Origin: a virus
DNA length: 64,000 bases
Strand: one strand, 5' to 3'
Virus record (IMG/VR): IMGVR_UViG_3300034102_002416
Part shown: piece by piece, positions 1 to 10,889 of the stretch
How the letters are laid out: each line of letters starts with the position of its first letter
How positions within the stretch are numbered: position 1 is the stretch's first letter
Position numbers and translations under genes: made by a program
Notes under the pieces: model-generated
The model's input: only the letters and a program-made list of their open reading frames with translations
Told to the model about the DNA's origin: nothing
Database searches by the model: none

Positions 1-695
1 AATATCTTTTTAATAGTTGTTTGATAAACCGCATTAGATACAGTGTAATTAGGCGTAGGAGAAGGATTTTGTGGAGTGGCTACTGTTAATGTTCCGCCAA
101 TCATATCTCCGGTAAAAGATCCCCCGGTAATTTCTATAGCAGCTGCACCGTTATAATTATAATATCTTACGGTGCCGGTGTTATATGTAGGAAACTGCGT
201 GTTATTTGCGTATACTCTGTCTAACTGAACTCCAACCTGTTCTGATAACGTTATAGTCGGTAATGTTTCAAATATTATTTCAGTATCATTAGCTATATTA
301 GGGTTAACAGGTACCGTACGAGTCCATTTAACATTAGCACGATTTTGCCATTCAGATGGGGCATTAACTGCTTCACCTATCAATGTAATTCGACAATCAC
401 CCGGAGATGTATTTTCATATATATAAATTGCAACAACTCTGGATTTATCTTCATCTAAATAATCAATAACTTCAGAATAGATAGGATCACCATTATAATC
501 TAGTACTTCGATATTTAGATACGATCCTACTTTTAAATTCGTAGGATTTCCACGAAGTTTAAATAAATTTTTTCCAGCAGTTAACCGAAGTGGAAATTCT
601 GAAATTTGAAAAAAATCTGGTGATGTTAATGATGTATCGTTGTATAAAACATCGATAAATTCTAAACCTTTATAAACAGCTTCTTTGCGTTTCAT
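1..695 (-). CDS. Virion structural protein (partial; runs off window start)
   Basis: ORF read manually from ATG at 695 (MKRKEAVYKGLEFIDVLYNDTSLTSPDFFQISEFP...), open to position 1; late-type ATATTTAT box at 715-722. Confidence 0.6.
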   Translation of the reverse strand, partial: MKRKEAVYKGLEFIDVLYNDTSLTSPDFFQISEFPLRLTAGKNLFKLRGNPTNLKVGSYLNIEVLDYNGDPIYSEVIDYLDEDKSRVVAIYIYENTSPGDCRITLIGEAVNAPSEWQNRANVKWTRTVPVNPNIANDTEIIFETLPTITLSEQVGVQLDRVYANNTQFPTYNTGTVRYYNYNGAAAIEITGGSFTGDMIGGTLTVATPQNPSPTPNYTVSNAVYQTTIKKI

Positions 696-721
696 CCATT
701 GATATTCTTTTTATATAAATA

Positions 722-3700
722 TCAAACATGATTAATCTGGCTGAATCCGTCGATTTTATTAACTTCAATTAAATTGTCTACCATATCTCGCATAGAATCA
801 ACATGGCTGATAATAATAGAAAAGTCAAATTTAGTTCGAAAATAATCAAATAGATTTACTACTGCAGAAATATGTTCTGCATCCAATGATCCCCATCCTT
901 CATCTATTGCAATAAAATTTGGTCGTGGTAGTGCAGATACATTGATAAGTGCTATTCGAATTGCTAATGATGATATAAAACGTTCCATACCACTTGTTAA
1001 TTCCAATGGCCAAAAATTATCTTCATCATAAATAATGTATCCATTGATATTTTTACCATCACTTTGCAACACCATATTAAAATCTACAACCTGATTTAAA
1101 ACATTGTTTATTTCAGTTTCTATTTTCGGCATTGCTTTAGAAATTAATTCATATGGAATTCCATCTCGTTTTACCGTTTGTAAATAGTATTCATATGCTT
1201 TATATTCTGTTTCTAATTTATGATATGCATCTAAACTCGTCAATGCAGATTGTTTATTTGTTTTTGCAACTTCTATAGCACCAAACAGTGATTTGATTTG
1301 TGTTTGAATAGATTTTATTTCCTCAGTAAATGCATCGATATCTTGTTTACATTCAGTAATTTTTTCATCAATTGTTTTATTATGAGTTATAGCAGTTTCA
1401 TTGTTTCGGAATAATTCTTGCCGTTCCAAACAAGTTTCAAGTTCTGATTCTTTAGTTTGCAGTTCATTTTCTGCAATCTGAAGTTGCAATTCTAATTTTT
1501 CTACAGCACTTTGTTTGGTTTGTAAATTGGTTCGAAGTGTAATTAATTCAGCATATCGTTGTTCATATTGTTGAAGCAATTCAATTTCAGCATTAATGTC
1601 TTGTTTAGTGGTTTGTAGTCCTGTTAATATGTTTCTATCCGAATCGATTGTATTTTGCGCTTCGATTGCATCTTGTACAAAAACGTTAGATGTACAATAT
1701 TTGCATTTCGGATCATATTCATGTTCGGCAAGATGATTAATTTTTTCTTGTTTAGCATTTACAACTCCTTGTTGTTTGTCAATTTGAGTTTCAATTTGTT
1801 TGAGATTGGTTTTAAAAATTTTCAATTGGTCCAATTGTTCTAATAAACCAGGTTCATCATAAGTACGAATTTCTTTTTTAATCGTAACATGTTGTGTTTT
1901 TAAATCTTCTAAAGTTTGTTCTGATTGATCGATATTATTTTGTAAGTCATCAATTTTTTCTGTTAAATCAGATTCAGTTTTTCGTAATTTTGTAATATCT
2001 GGTCCATCATATGTTGTTGGTAATTTTGTTTCAATTAATGATACGATTTGATTTTGTAAATAATTTCGTCTTTCTTGAAACTCATCTTCTTGTGTTTCTA
2101 ACGTTTGAATAGTTCCATGATTTGCATTTATTATGTTGTCTGTACTAACAATTATTTCAGCAAAATCTGTTTTCTTGTATTCTTTTAATTTACCAGCAGT
2201 TTCTTTAATTTCATCTGCAGCAAGTTGATATAGTTGTTCAAATACCGTTATGTCTAAAAACTGCGATAATAGATCTTTACGTTCTCTTTGTGATTTTTCT
2301 ATAAAATTGTTGTTATCAGCTTGAAGTGAAAATGCAGTTAAAATAAAATCATCATATGTTCCTAAATACCTACGAATCGATTTATTTGTATCACTTCGTT
2401 CTTCTCCATTTAAATTTTCTGTGTCGGTATAAAAATCTACCAAAACTTTAACATGACCATTTTTTTGTTTAATACCATTACGTTCGATAATGTATTTAAC
2501 ACCATTCATTTCAAATGTAAATTTACCTCGGAATGTAGCTTTTTTATTATTTAATACTTCATGTGCTTTGCCTGTTTTGCTGCATTTATCAAAAATTGTA
2601 TATGTAATTGCATCGAGTAAAGATGATTTACCAGATGTATTTGCTGCAAATAATCCACATACATCCTGCATGTTTTCGAAATTAATAACATTGCCTTCCC
2701 CATATGAAAACATGTTATCAAATTCAAATTCAATTGGATGCCAAGTCATATGACGAACAGATTCGATAGCTGGTAGTTTAGAATTAATTGTTCGGTTAAT
2801 GTGTCGAATTGCATCTGTTTCCTCCGATGTTGCTTGTGGAAAATTAACTGCAATGTAATCTGTTATCAATGTGTTTTGATATTCAACATCTCGTACGTTT
2901 CCTATAGTAAATGATGAAGAAGCTTCATTATGAATTGAAGTAGAGTTTCGCTGTATTGTGATATCCTGTACATCATATTTTTTTCGAATAGCAGCAATCA
3001 TTTTTTTCATATCAGCTGCACTAGTGTCGGAAAATTTAATACGAACTCGGGGCTTATTCGGAATACGTGATGGTGCGTTAATAACTGTGGTGCCTTGCAC
3101 ATCGAGTGTTACATATCCATAATCATTGTGTATTGGAACAAACTTTGCTGAACGATCTGGCAAATCCCATACTAATATTCCGTGATCTAATGCTTCACCG
3201 TGATTTTGTTGAATTAATGATCCTGGATATGCAATTGTTTGTTTATCATCTAAGAATTGTGCCGGCTTATGAATATCGCCTAGCAATGTAATATCATGAC
3301 CAGCAAACAAATCGATTCCAACATGCTCATTAGATATTTGATAACCAATATCAGTACGAGCAGAATTCACAGCTCCATGATGTAATGCAATTTTATATGC
3401 AGCTTCGAATTGATCAGCTCTAATATATTCAGTTGGTGCAACATCAACAGCCATGTGATTGAATACAACATTAGCAATTTGAAATAATCCATTCTCTTTA
3501 ACAAAAATAATGTTAGGATTCTTAATAACATTGATTATTGGACTAACCGCATCCGTTCGATGCATGTTGTTTAAATTCATGTCATGATTACCTAAAATAA
3601 CAACCGTTGGTATCATGAATCCTTCGAAGAACTCAACAAGTATTTCTATTAATTCCGGAGACATATCTAATTTACTATGAACTATATCACCGGTAACAAC

Positions 3701-3862
3701 AGCTATACTATTATTAGTTGCATGTTGTGCAATATGATCAAATAAATTCCTAAATACCTCTCGGTATTCTCGATGGCGTTTTAATGTGCGAATATGAATG
3801 TCAGAACAATGAAAAATTGTATCTACCCATTCTTTTCCAATATCATAACGTTTTATGTCCAT
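722..3862 (-). CDS. Fused Mre11/SbcD nuclease + Rad50/SbcC ATPase (T4 gp47+gp46-like)
   Basis: Metallophosphoesterase motifs SDIH, GDIVH, GNHD, GDIH; Walker A NTSGKSS; coiled coil with CKYC zinc hook; signature TSGME; Walker B IAIDEGWGSLD; H-loop ISH. Confidence 0.92.
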   Translation of the reverse strand: MDIKRYDIGKEWVDTIFHCSDIHIRTLKRHREYREVFRNLFDHIAQHATNNSIAVVTGDIVHSKLDMSPELIEILVEFFEGFMIPTVVILGNHDMNLNNMHRTDAVSPIINVIKNPNIIFVKENGLFQIANVVFNHMAVDVAPTEYIRADQFEAAYKIALHHGAVNSARTDIGYQISNEHVGIDLFAGHDITLLGDIHKPAQFLDDKQTIAYPGSLIQQNHGEALDHGILVWDLPDRSAKFVPIHNDYGYVTLDVQGTTVINAPSRIPNKPRVRIKFSDTSAADMKKMIAAIRKKYDVQDITIQRNSTSIHNEASSSFTIGNVRDVEYQNTLITDYIAVNFPQATSEETDAIRHINRTINSKLPAIESVRHMTWHPIEFEFDNMFSYGEGNVINFENMQDVCGLFAANTSGKSSLLDAITYTIFDKCSKTGKAHEVLNNKKATFRGKFTFEMNGVKYIIERNGIKQKNGHVKVLVDFYTDTENLNGEERSDTNKSIRRYLGTYDDFILTAFSLQADNNNFIEKSQRERKDLLSQFLDITVFEQLYQLAADEIKETAGKLKEYKKTDFAEIIVSTDNIINANHGTIQTLETQEDEFQERRNYLQNQIVSLIETKLPTTYDGPDITKLRKTESDLTEKIDDLQNNIDQSEQTLEDLKTQHVTIKKEIRTYDEPGLLEQLDQLKIFKTNLKQIETQIDKQQGVVNAKQEKINHLAEHEYDPKCKYCTSNVFVQDAIEAQNTIDSDRNILTGLQTTKQDINAEIELLQQYEQRYAELITLRTNLQTKQSAVEKLELQLQIAENELQTKESELETCLERQELFRNNETAITHNKTIDEKITECKQDIDAFTEEIKSIQTQIKSLFGAIEVAKTNKQSALTSLDAYHKLETEYKAYEYYLQTVKRDGIPYELISKAMPKIETEINNVLNQVVDFNMVLQSDGKNINGYIIYDEDNFWPLELTSGMERFISSLAIRIALINVSALPRPNFIAIDEGWGSLDAEHISAVVNLFDYFRTKFDFSIIISHVDSMRDMVDNLIEVNKIDGFSQINHV

Positions 3863-4797
3863 ATCATTCCCATCTTTAACTGCATTAACCGTTCAAATGT
3901 TAATACATCGGTATTTTGTAAAATATTATTTATTGCATGAAATCCCAATTCAGAAGCATCTTTATCTTGTAACTCAACAAAATAAACATTTAATCCTTCT
4001 GACATGAATCGTTCAGCAATTTGTATTGCATTACGCAAAGCGTCTGCATCTAAACAAAGATATATATCTCGTACTCGTTCTTCAATTATTTTCTTTTGAA
4101 GTGTCGGTTGTATTATTTTACCAAATAATGGTATTGCATTTCTTTTAACAGCAATTGCATCAAATGCACCTTCACATAGTATAATAGGTTCCGCCCAATT
4201 AATAAACATTTCAAACCCAATAATATCTTTAGATACTTTAGGATTTTTATGTTTTTGCGAATCTGCTTTATAAAATGCTCTGCTAACAAAGTAATTTAAT
4301 TGTCCTGCGCTATTGTAACTAGGAATAATTATTTTGCCTGTATACTCACCAGATTCGCAATATCCAATTCGATATTTAATTATATCAAAAACACCAATAC
4401 CTCTATTTAATAAGTAGTGCATTGCATTTTTATAATCCGGAGTATTTTTTTTTATCCATAACGGTTTATAATCTTCCGGAAGTTGCAATGTAACAACTTT
4501 AGTTTCGGTATCATTTAATGATTTATATCTAACGTTATTTAATATTTTTTGAAGTTGCTCAAAGTTTTCTTTACCTAAATTTAGTTGTTTAAATAAAGTA
4601 GCAATTGACCGACCTTTTTTATCAGAAATCCAACAATGCCATGGATTTTCACCGGCATGATTTGTGTTAATATTAATTTCTAATTTTGGCTTGTAGTGAG
4701 AAACGAATGGAGAAAAGAATGCTATGTTATCACCAGATGTAGGTTTACCTTTACCTAATACTGATTCTAATAACTGTAATAACTTAATATTCTTCAT
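3853..4797 (-). CDS. DNA primase (Toprim)
   Basis: N-terminal zinc-ribbon-like region (WHCW); IIIPSY..YFVSR; Toprim CEGAFDA and LDAD; KDASE. Confidence 0.85.
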   Translation of the reverse strand: MKNIKLLQLLESVLGKGKPTSGDNIAFFSPFVSHYKPKLEININTNHAGENPWHCWISDKKGRSIATLFKQLNLGKENFEQLQKILNNVRYKSLNDTETKVVTLQLPEDYKPLWIKKNTPDYKNAMHYLLNRGIGVFDIIKYRIGYCESGEYTGKIIIPSYNSAGQLNYFVSRAFYKADSQKHKNPKVSKDIIGFEMFINWAEPIILCEGAFDAIAVKRNAIPLFGKIIQPTLQKKIIEERVRDIYLCLDADALRNAIQIAERFMSEGLNVYFVELQDKDASELGFHAINNILQNTDVLTFERLMQLKMGMIWT

Positions 4798-4980
4798 TAT
4801 TAATAATATAATTAAATTACTATACTAATCCAATTAATTATTAATATAATATTATTAATATTAGTTAGACACATACACTACATTTCTGGTCTAACGATCG
4901 ATTCAATACTGAATCAATCATTTAATTAATATAACATTAATTTCTATGAATGTATTAAAAATATTTCACATTTCAAATCT

Positions 4981-5463
4981 TTATGCAAAAAATTTTCTAA
5001 CATTAACTGGTTCTTCGCCATTTTTTAAACATTCCGCAAGCCATTCGCTAGGAATTTCTTTTTTTGCAACATGATGTATACCTAATTTTACAGCATAACT
5101 TTCATATGTAGTTTTACTTCCTTTAGATATTTTTTGCGTAGGAGATTGAAAAACCATGCGGATATCAATGCCAGGATTCGATGCAAGTACATGTTTCATT
5201 TTTAAACGATCAGAACTAGTCCATCGACCTTTAGTTTCAATAAACATTAAAGTACCATCTCGTTTAATAAAAACAAAATCTGGAGTATATTTTGCTTTAC
5301 GTTCCGGTACTATATAATTTAATGTTTCAGTTTCATATTTCAAAGGATATTCTGCAGATTTTATTTGTTCCGCAACCGTATGTTCTAATCCTGATTTATA
5401 ACCATATTTTAATGCCGCCGCTCGTTTAGCATTACCGGCACTATGAAAATGATTTCGTTTCAT
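4981..5463 (-). CDS. T7 endonuclease I-like Holliday junction resolvase
   Basis: YKSGLE, YTPDF, IETKGRW and DIRMVFQ motifs. Confidence 0.88.
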   Translation of the reverse strand: MKRNHFHSAGNAKRAAALKYGYKSGLEHTVAEQIKSAEYPLKYETETLNYIVPERKAKYTPDFVFIKRDGTLMFIETKGRWTSSDRLKMKHVLASNPGIDIRMVFQSPTQKISKGSKTTYESYAVKLGIHHVAKKEIPSEWLAECLKNGEEPVNVRKFFA

Positions 5464-6306
5464 TTAAAATTTTGTTTTAAATTTTGGTAACATTTTTCCA
5501 TTTGCCGATTTATTCTCTAAATTAAACGATCCTAATTCATACATTCTCATAATCATTTCATGAAATTCCGCGGCACTTCTAGGTTTTTCAAATTTGGAAC
5601 TTGTATTATCGTCAGTATAATTAATAACACCATATAAATTGCTTCGAATTTCAGCAACTACTTTATTATCAGATGACATATCTAACATTTTACCAATTGG
5701 CTGTTGTGGATTAAAAATTGAATTAATATTTTTTAAAGATGCATCTTTTGGCATATTAAAAATTGCATTTACTGAAATACTATTCAATCCGTTACTAGAT
5801 AATGCATAATTATATTGTTTTTGAAATTTCATTGCTAGTTTTTGATCTATAGATCCAGGTGTGGATAATCGTAATATCCAATCAATATATACACATACCA
5901 TATATGTAGAATTAGTATTATTTCGTATAATATATTGTTTAATTAAGTTATACATTAAATCAGTATCTCGTTTACGACTAGCAGCTCCAAATTTTTGTAA
6001 AAATTCTACTGAGCTAGTTATTAACGGAATCCATGCTTTTTTAGCAATTATAGCTACGTTCCTATCTTTAGGATCTTTAGATCCTCCTTTTAATCTACGT
6101 TCCGCATCTTCTTTTGATTTGCGTTCCGCATCTTGTTTTGCCTTTAAAGCTGCGGCATCTCTAGCTCGTTTTGCTGCATCTGCATCTCCTCCGGATTTAG
6201 GTGGTGTAGTTATCTTACCGGTACTAGTAGATTTACTTTTTGTTGCTTGTTGTATTGCAGCATCAGCCCCAGCCCATGGATCTTCTTGTTCGTTAATTTT
6301 ATACAT
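5464..6306 (-). CDS. Hypothetical protein, probable virion internal protein
   Basis: 280 aa ORF in late operon; N-terminal INEQ. Confidence 0.5.
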   Translation of the reverse strand: MYKINEQEDPWAGADAAIQQATKSKSTSTGKITTPPKSGGDADAAKRARDAAALKAKQDAERKSKEDAERRLKGGSKDPKDRNVAIIAKKAWIPLITSSVEFLQKFGAASRKRDTDLMYNLIKQYIIRNNTNSTYMVCVYIDWILRLSTPGSIDQKLAMKFQKQYNYALSSNGLNSISVNAIFNMPKDASLKNINSIFNPQQPIGKMLDMSSDNKVVAEIRSNLYGVINYTDDNTSSKFEKPRSAAEFHEMIMRMYELGSFNLENKSANGKMLPKFKTKF

Positions 6307-6310
6307 ATAG

Positions 6311-7327
6311 TTATTTCAATTTAGTTCGTAATAAATCTATAAAATCTGATGTTACTATATCTGGATTTAAATCTTTATATTTCAAAAGATCTTTTATAAC
6401 AGATATTATTTGTTGTGTACCACCTAGTTTTTTCAACACCGGCATACCATCCCAAAAATCACCACGATTTTCTTTTGTATTTAATGCATTTTTAACATTG
6501 TTATACCAAGCTTTATTTTCAACGCGTCCAATAGATTCTGCAAATCTTAACATTAAAACTTGCACTTTATAAAATTCATTATCATCTTTTAATCCTACTT
6601 TAAATCCGCCAGCTGGCACAATAATAGAATTTAAAATTTCATTTGATATTTTATCAGGTGTTAAATCTAAAACTGGAATACCTTGTTTAGTTGTAGTTGT
6701 CGATGTTTCCGGTTGTTTAGGTGTATCACCTATCGATAAAAGTTCAGGTTTTTCTGCAGGATCTTTAATTCTAACTACCCAATCAGAAATATTAATTTTA
6801 TTTATATCAAAAACCAAACCTCCTTGTTTAAACGTTTTTAACCATCCGGGCGTCGATGAATTAATCTTTACACGTTTAAATTGACTAATCATATCAGCTT
6901 TTACATAGGTACATACAACTTTATATCTTGCTCGTTTCTTTTCGTTTTTAGTATCTTTAGCATCAATATCCCCACTAATAAACCAAAAATAACCGGCACT
7001 TCGACTTCTTGCCCAAACACCACCGATACTAGTTTCTAAATAATCTAATACATCTTCTTGTAGTTGTTCCGGCGTATATAAAATTTCTGCTGTTTCATCT
7101 GGATCGACTGATACATCGCCTTTTCGTTCTATTATAACTTGAAATCCATTAATTCTAGGATCGGTTGTTAAAGCATTTGGATTGATACCTAGTTTTGGAC
7201 ATACTTCTGTTTTAATAAAATTAGTAGCTTTCCCATCTAGTAACGCTGTTTTTGTTACTAATTTTGGTTTAGTTTTAAACTGTTCTTGTAAAACTAGTTT
7301 AATAATATATTCTAGTTGTTTACTCAT
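6311..7327 (-). CDS. Hypothetical protein, probable virion internal protein
   Basis: Start moved to MSKQLEYIIKLVLQEQ, downstream of late box at 7343-7350. Confidence 0.55.
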   Translation of the reverse strand: MSKQLEYIIKLVLQEQFKTKPKLVTKTALLDGKATNFIKTEVCPKLGINPNALTTDPRINGFQVIIERKGDVSVDPDETAEILYTPEQLQEDVLDYLETSIGGVWARSRSAGYFWFISGDIDAKDTKNEKKRARYKVVCTYVKADMISQFKRVKINSSTPGWLKTFKQGGLVFDINKINISDWVVRIKDPAEKPELLSIGDTPKQPETSTTTTKQGIPVLDLTPDKISNEILNSIIVPAGGFKVGLKDDNEFYKVQVLMLRFAESIGRVENKAWYNNVKNALNTKENRGDFWDGMPVLKKLGGTQQIISVIKDLLKYKDLNPDIVTSDFIDLLRTKLK

Positions 7328-7353
7328 GTTATTCCGTTTTATATAAATATATC

Positions 7354-7911
7354 TCACCAATCAACCATTACTAAATTTCCATTCCATATCATGATATTAT
7401 CAGAACTAAAATCTAAATCTAAATCTAGATCTGGAATATTTGTTTTAGATACATCTTGTTGTAACGCATCTAAAAAGTTTTTAACTATAGGATCAATTGC
7501 AAATACAGCATCACTATTTAAAAAATCAAAAATTGAAACTTCACCACCCTGATCATATGAATATGTTTTAAATTGATTAATGAAATCATTTATTTTATTT
7601 TTTATATTTGCCGGCAACTCCGATGCATTAGCCATAATAATTGATTTTGAGTTTACAGAATCAATAGTACCAGCATAATATACTGGAATAAACGTTGTAT
7701 ATTCAGTGTATTTATTTTGTATTACATCTGCAACTTCTAACTCTTGATCATCAGTTGTTATTTTTAAAACTAAATCTTCTCCATCTATTTCATATACACG
7801 GCTATTATCACCCATACCAATATATCTAAACTTTTTAGATTTAATTTTATCTAAAACACGTTTCATTGTGTCGGTAGAAATTTCAGAAAGTAAATGTTTT
7901 AAACGTATCAT
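7354..7911 (-). CDS. Minimal protein-kinase-like (APH/ePK fold) protein with N-terminal MIRLKHLLSE tag
   Basis: Gly-loop IGMGDNSRVY, VLKIT lysine, catalytic DFSSDNIM and VMVD. Confidence 0.65.
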   Translation of the reverse strand: MIRLKHLLSEISTDTMKRVLDKIKSKKFRYIGMGDNSRVYEIDGEDLVLKITTDDQELEVADVIQNKYTEYTTFIPVYYAGTIDSVNSKSIIMANASELPANIKNKINDFINQFKTYSYDQGGEVSIFDFLNSDAVFAIDPIVKNFLDALQQDVSKTNIPDLDLDLDFSSDNIMIWNGNLVMVDW

Positions 7912-7913
7912 AT

Positions 7914-9491
7914 TTATGCTTTCAATTGAATTGTTTTATCTAAATCAATACGAATTAAAAAATTCATATCTACATCAGATCTTTTACGAACCGGTTGTGC
8001 TAATTTTCCGATAGCTAATAATCTACCAAAATCATCATATAAACCAATTGTAGTTATATATGGGGCAAAATCACTTCCTGATACAAAACTTTGATATGTA
8101 CTATCATCATCTTTAGTAAGAGTTAAATTTGTTGACATATTAAAATCACCAGAATCTAATTTTGTAATAACATTTAATTCGTTTATTGTTAATGTGCTAC
8201 GATAACTAGAAGTATATGGTGACGATAATAAGGTGTGATATCGATAGTCAGGCGATGTTATAACAACTAAACCTTGTTTACTAAAAACATTTCCTACATT
8301 TGCAGTTTGTAAAAATGTACCACCTTCTGATCGGTCACGTAATGAATTAATATTAGATGTAGTTAATGCATTATTATAAATTCGAATTTCATCTAACGAA
8401 CCATTAAAATTTAAACTTTGCGTGTCAAACCCGCCAACATATAAACCATCAAAATTATCAATTCGACCTGATGCAGTAAATGGTGAAAATGTATTAATTA
8501 ATAAATTATTTGTAACAGAAGCATGCAATACATTATTAATATACATTTGTAAACTACTTCCGGATTTTTGACAAACAACATGATTCCATGATCCGGTTAA
8601 TATCAATGATGATGTTACCTGTGTTTTAAACGTAGTGCTCACCGCAGCAGAAAATACCAATTGTTTAGAACCACTTAGTTGTATATTAAATGGATATGTT
8701 GGAGATAAACTGCTTGATGCTTTGGCAATAATCAATTCATTATTAGTTCCAATATTGGATGCTGATATAAAAAATGATATAGCATAATCATGATCTCGAT
8801 CATAGTATCCATTGATACTACTTTTTAAATAGCCATTTCCGGAAAATTTTGCAGAATACCCAACTGGTAATTGTAATCCAGATGTTGTTGGTACACCATT
8901 TTTAAATTCAATGTTTGAATACTCAAAATTAATTCTATTAATATCAAAATATTCATTAAATCCTTCATACCATTTTACATTATCTACAATACTACTAGTG
9001 TTAAACGCGATATCATATAAATTGCTGTATACATCAGATGCTAAATTCAAAGATGATCCGGTAAATGTAAATGATGCTGGTTTAATACCTTCACCAATTT
9101 TTACTTGCGGGATTGATAATATAGATGCCGATTGAAATAAATATTTTTTAGTACGATTTAAATCAGTTGGTCCATAAGTTTTCAAAGGTTCATTTTTCCA
9201 ACGATAAAATAAATGATTAATAGAAAAATATGTAATAGTCTGTAAACTATCATCTATATTCATAGCATCATTATATGTTAATTCAGTGCCTAGAGCCGGT
9301 AATGTATTTATATCACTATAAATTCCAATTAATGGCAATGCACTACTAGTAGCACTTCCAGAAATAAACGACCATGATTTATATACTTGAAACGTATTAA
9401 CAGATACATCGTTAATATCCACTTTTTTAAAAATAGATGGATATACGCCTTGATAAGTATCTTGTTGATTATTTAATCTAGATTCTGCCAT
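7914..9491 (-). CDS. Virion protein with LamG/ConA-like domain
   Basis: WNHVV, LQMYINN, FNGSLDEIRIYNNALT; C-terminal YITTIGLYDD..LLAIGKL domain. Confidence 0.75.
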   Translation of the reverse strand: MAESRLNNQQDTYQGVYPSIFKKVDINDVSVNTFQVYKSWSFISGSATSSALPLIGIYSDINTLPALGTELTYNDAMNIDDSLQTITYFSINHLFYRWKNEPLKTYGPTDLNRTKKYLFQSASILSIPQVKIGEGIKPASFTFTGSSLNLASDVYSNLYDIAFNTSSIVDNVKWYEGFNEYFDINRINFEYSNIEFKNGVPTTSGLQLPVGYSAKFSGNGYLKSSINGYYDRDHDYAISFFISASNIGTNNELIIAKASSSLSPTYPFNIQLSGSKQLVFSAAVSTTFKTQVTSSLILTGSWNHVVCQKSGSSLQMYINNVLHASVTNNLLINTFSPFTASGRIDNFDGLYVGGFDTQSLNFNGSLDEIRIYNNALTTSNINSLRDRSEGGTFLQTANVGNVFSKQGLVVITSPDYRYHTLLSSPYTSSYRSTLTINELNVITKLDSGDFNMSTNLTLTKDDDSTYQSFVSGSDFAPYITTIGLYDDFGRLLAIGKLAQPVRKRSDVDMNFLIRIDLDKTIQLKA

Positions 9492-9500
9492 AATCAGTAA

Positions 9501-9540
9501 TAAGCCCCGCTACATTTATTAATAAATATAACAGGGCTTA
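9501..9540 (-). terminator. Long RNA hairpin overlapping a late promoter box
   Basis: UAAGCCCUGUUAUAUUUA/UAAAUGUAGCGGGGCUUA 18-bp stem with G-U pairs; ATATTTAT at 9522-9529. Confidence 0.6.
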
Positions 9541-9564
9541 AATCTATGTATTTTTTTAACTATG

Positions 9565-10872
9565 TTAGAAATCTAACTTAACACGAATTAATGCTTCTCG
9601 TTGGAATGATTTCAATAACGGTTGACTTAATTTAGATACTGCTAATAATTCTTGAGAATCATTGTATAATCCAACGGTTGTAATATATGTTTTTGGATCA
9701 CCAACAAATGTAGATTGTGCAATTTGACCAACACTTCCCGTTGTATAGGATGGATTATTAGAAAAATTATATTCTGCATTTTTAATTCTAACAAAATAAT
9801 GTGTACTAGTAATTGTTTCTGAATTACGAGCCTGGAACCCAAATGGATCGCCAGTTGCTGGATTCGTAATTAATGCCGATCCAGATATTGAACGAAATAG
9901 TGCAAAATGATTATTACCTTCTGAGCTAGAACCTGTATTTGTTTGGAAATTTAATTGTTGATCTAACATTTTCCCATCTAATACCAAAGTACCATATTGC
10001 GGATATGCTAAACCATAATAAACTGGTGCACCCGGATTATGTACTCCTGTATTAATAGATCCAGAAACAATGTTATACACAGAAACGCCACCATTTAAAG
10101 TAACAGGCGAGATAGATGAATCATCGATCAATGTAATAACTTGAGATCCAGAGACATTAACACTACCGGTTGCATTTAATGGTCTAGAACCAGAAATTGT
10201 TCGTAATGGTAATTCCCAATTGCCGGCATCTAAACTCTCTTTAAATCGATTTCTTTTAAAGTTAACAACATAAATATAATCAGTACTTCCAGAACCTGCA
10301 GTTGTAAATCTACTATCAGTCGGACTTAATAATAACTGTTTGTATTGTGAATACACTGCTTTTGATGGCGAATCATTTAATTGACCCTGTGAATCAGATC
10401 CACTTCCTAAAGCATGACCAAATGCCAATGAAAATTGCACTGCAGACCCATCCGCTAACGGCGTTTCTTGCAAAACATCAACATAATATGTTCTTTGCGA
10501 ATTTGTCTGTGTTGATGCTGTAAAAAAAGTTGTTAGACTTGCAAGATTATCACTCCATAATCCACCGGTAACAACTTCTAACTGATTTTGCACAACATCA
10601 TTTGCCATGTCAAACTTGGTAAATATACGACCGTTCCTAGTTAATAATTGACCTTGTTGCATTTCTGCAACCATTTGGTTAGCTAGTTGTTGTGCTAATA
10701 CTTGCACTTGCTCATTAACAGCATTTGCAGTAGCAGCTGCAGCATTAGCAACAGTTACACCACCAATTGAACCTTGTTGTACAGGTTGACCAGCCACATC
10801 TATCGCAATTCTATTAGTTTGACCATGTCTGGGTTGACGTTTTAATTTTTCAATTAAATTATATGTATTCAT
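9565..10872 (-). CDS. Virion/baseplate structural protein
   Basis: C-terminal YITTVGLYND..LLAVSKLSQP paralogous to 7914..9491; located in structural operon. Confidence 0.65.
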   Translation of the reverse strand: MNTYNLIEKLKRQPRHGQTNRIAIDVAGQPVQQGSIGGVTVANAAAATANAVNEQVQVLAQQLANQMVAEMQQGQLLTRNGRIFTKFDMANDVVQNQLEVVTGGLWSDNLASLTTFFTASTQTNSQRTYYVDVLQETPLADGSAVQFSLAFGHALGSGSDSQGQLNDSPSKAVYSQYKQLLLSPTDSRFTTAGSGSTDYIYVVNFKRNRFKESLDAGNWELPLRTISGSRPLNATGSVNVSGSQVITLIDDSSISPVTLNGGVSVYNIVSGSINTGVHNPGAPVYYGLAYPQYGTLVLDGKMLDQQLNFQTNTGSSSEGNNHFALFRSISGSALITNPATGDPFGFQARNSETITSTHYFVRIKNAEYNFSNNPSYTTGSVGQIAQSTFVGDPKTYITTVGLYNDSQELLAVSKLSQPLLKSFQREALIRVKLDF

Positions 10873-10889
10873 AATATCCTATTATTCTA

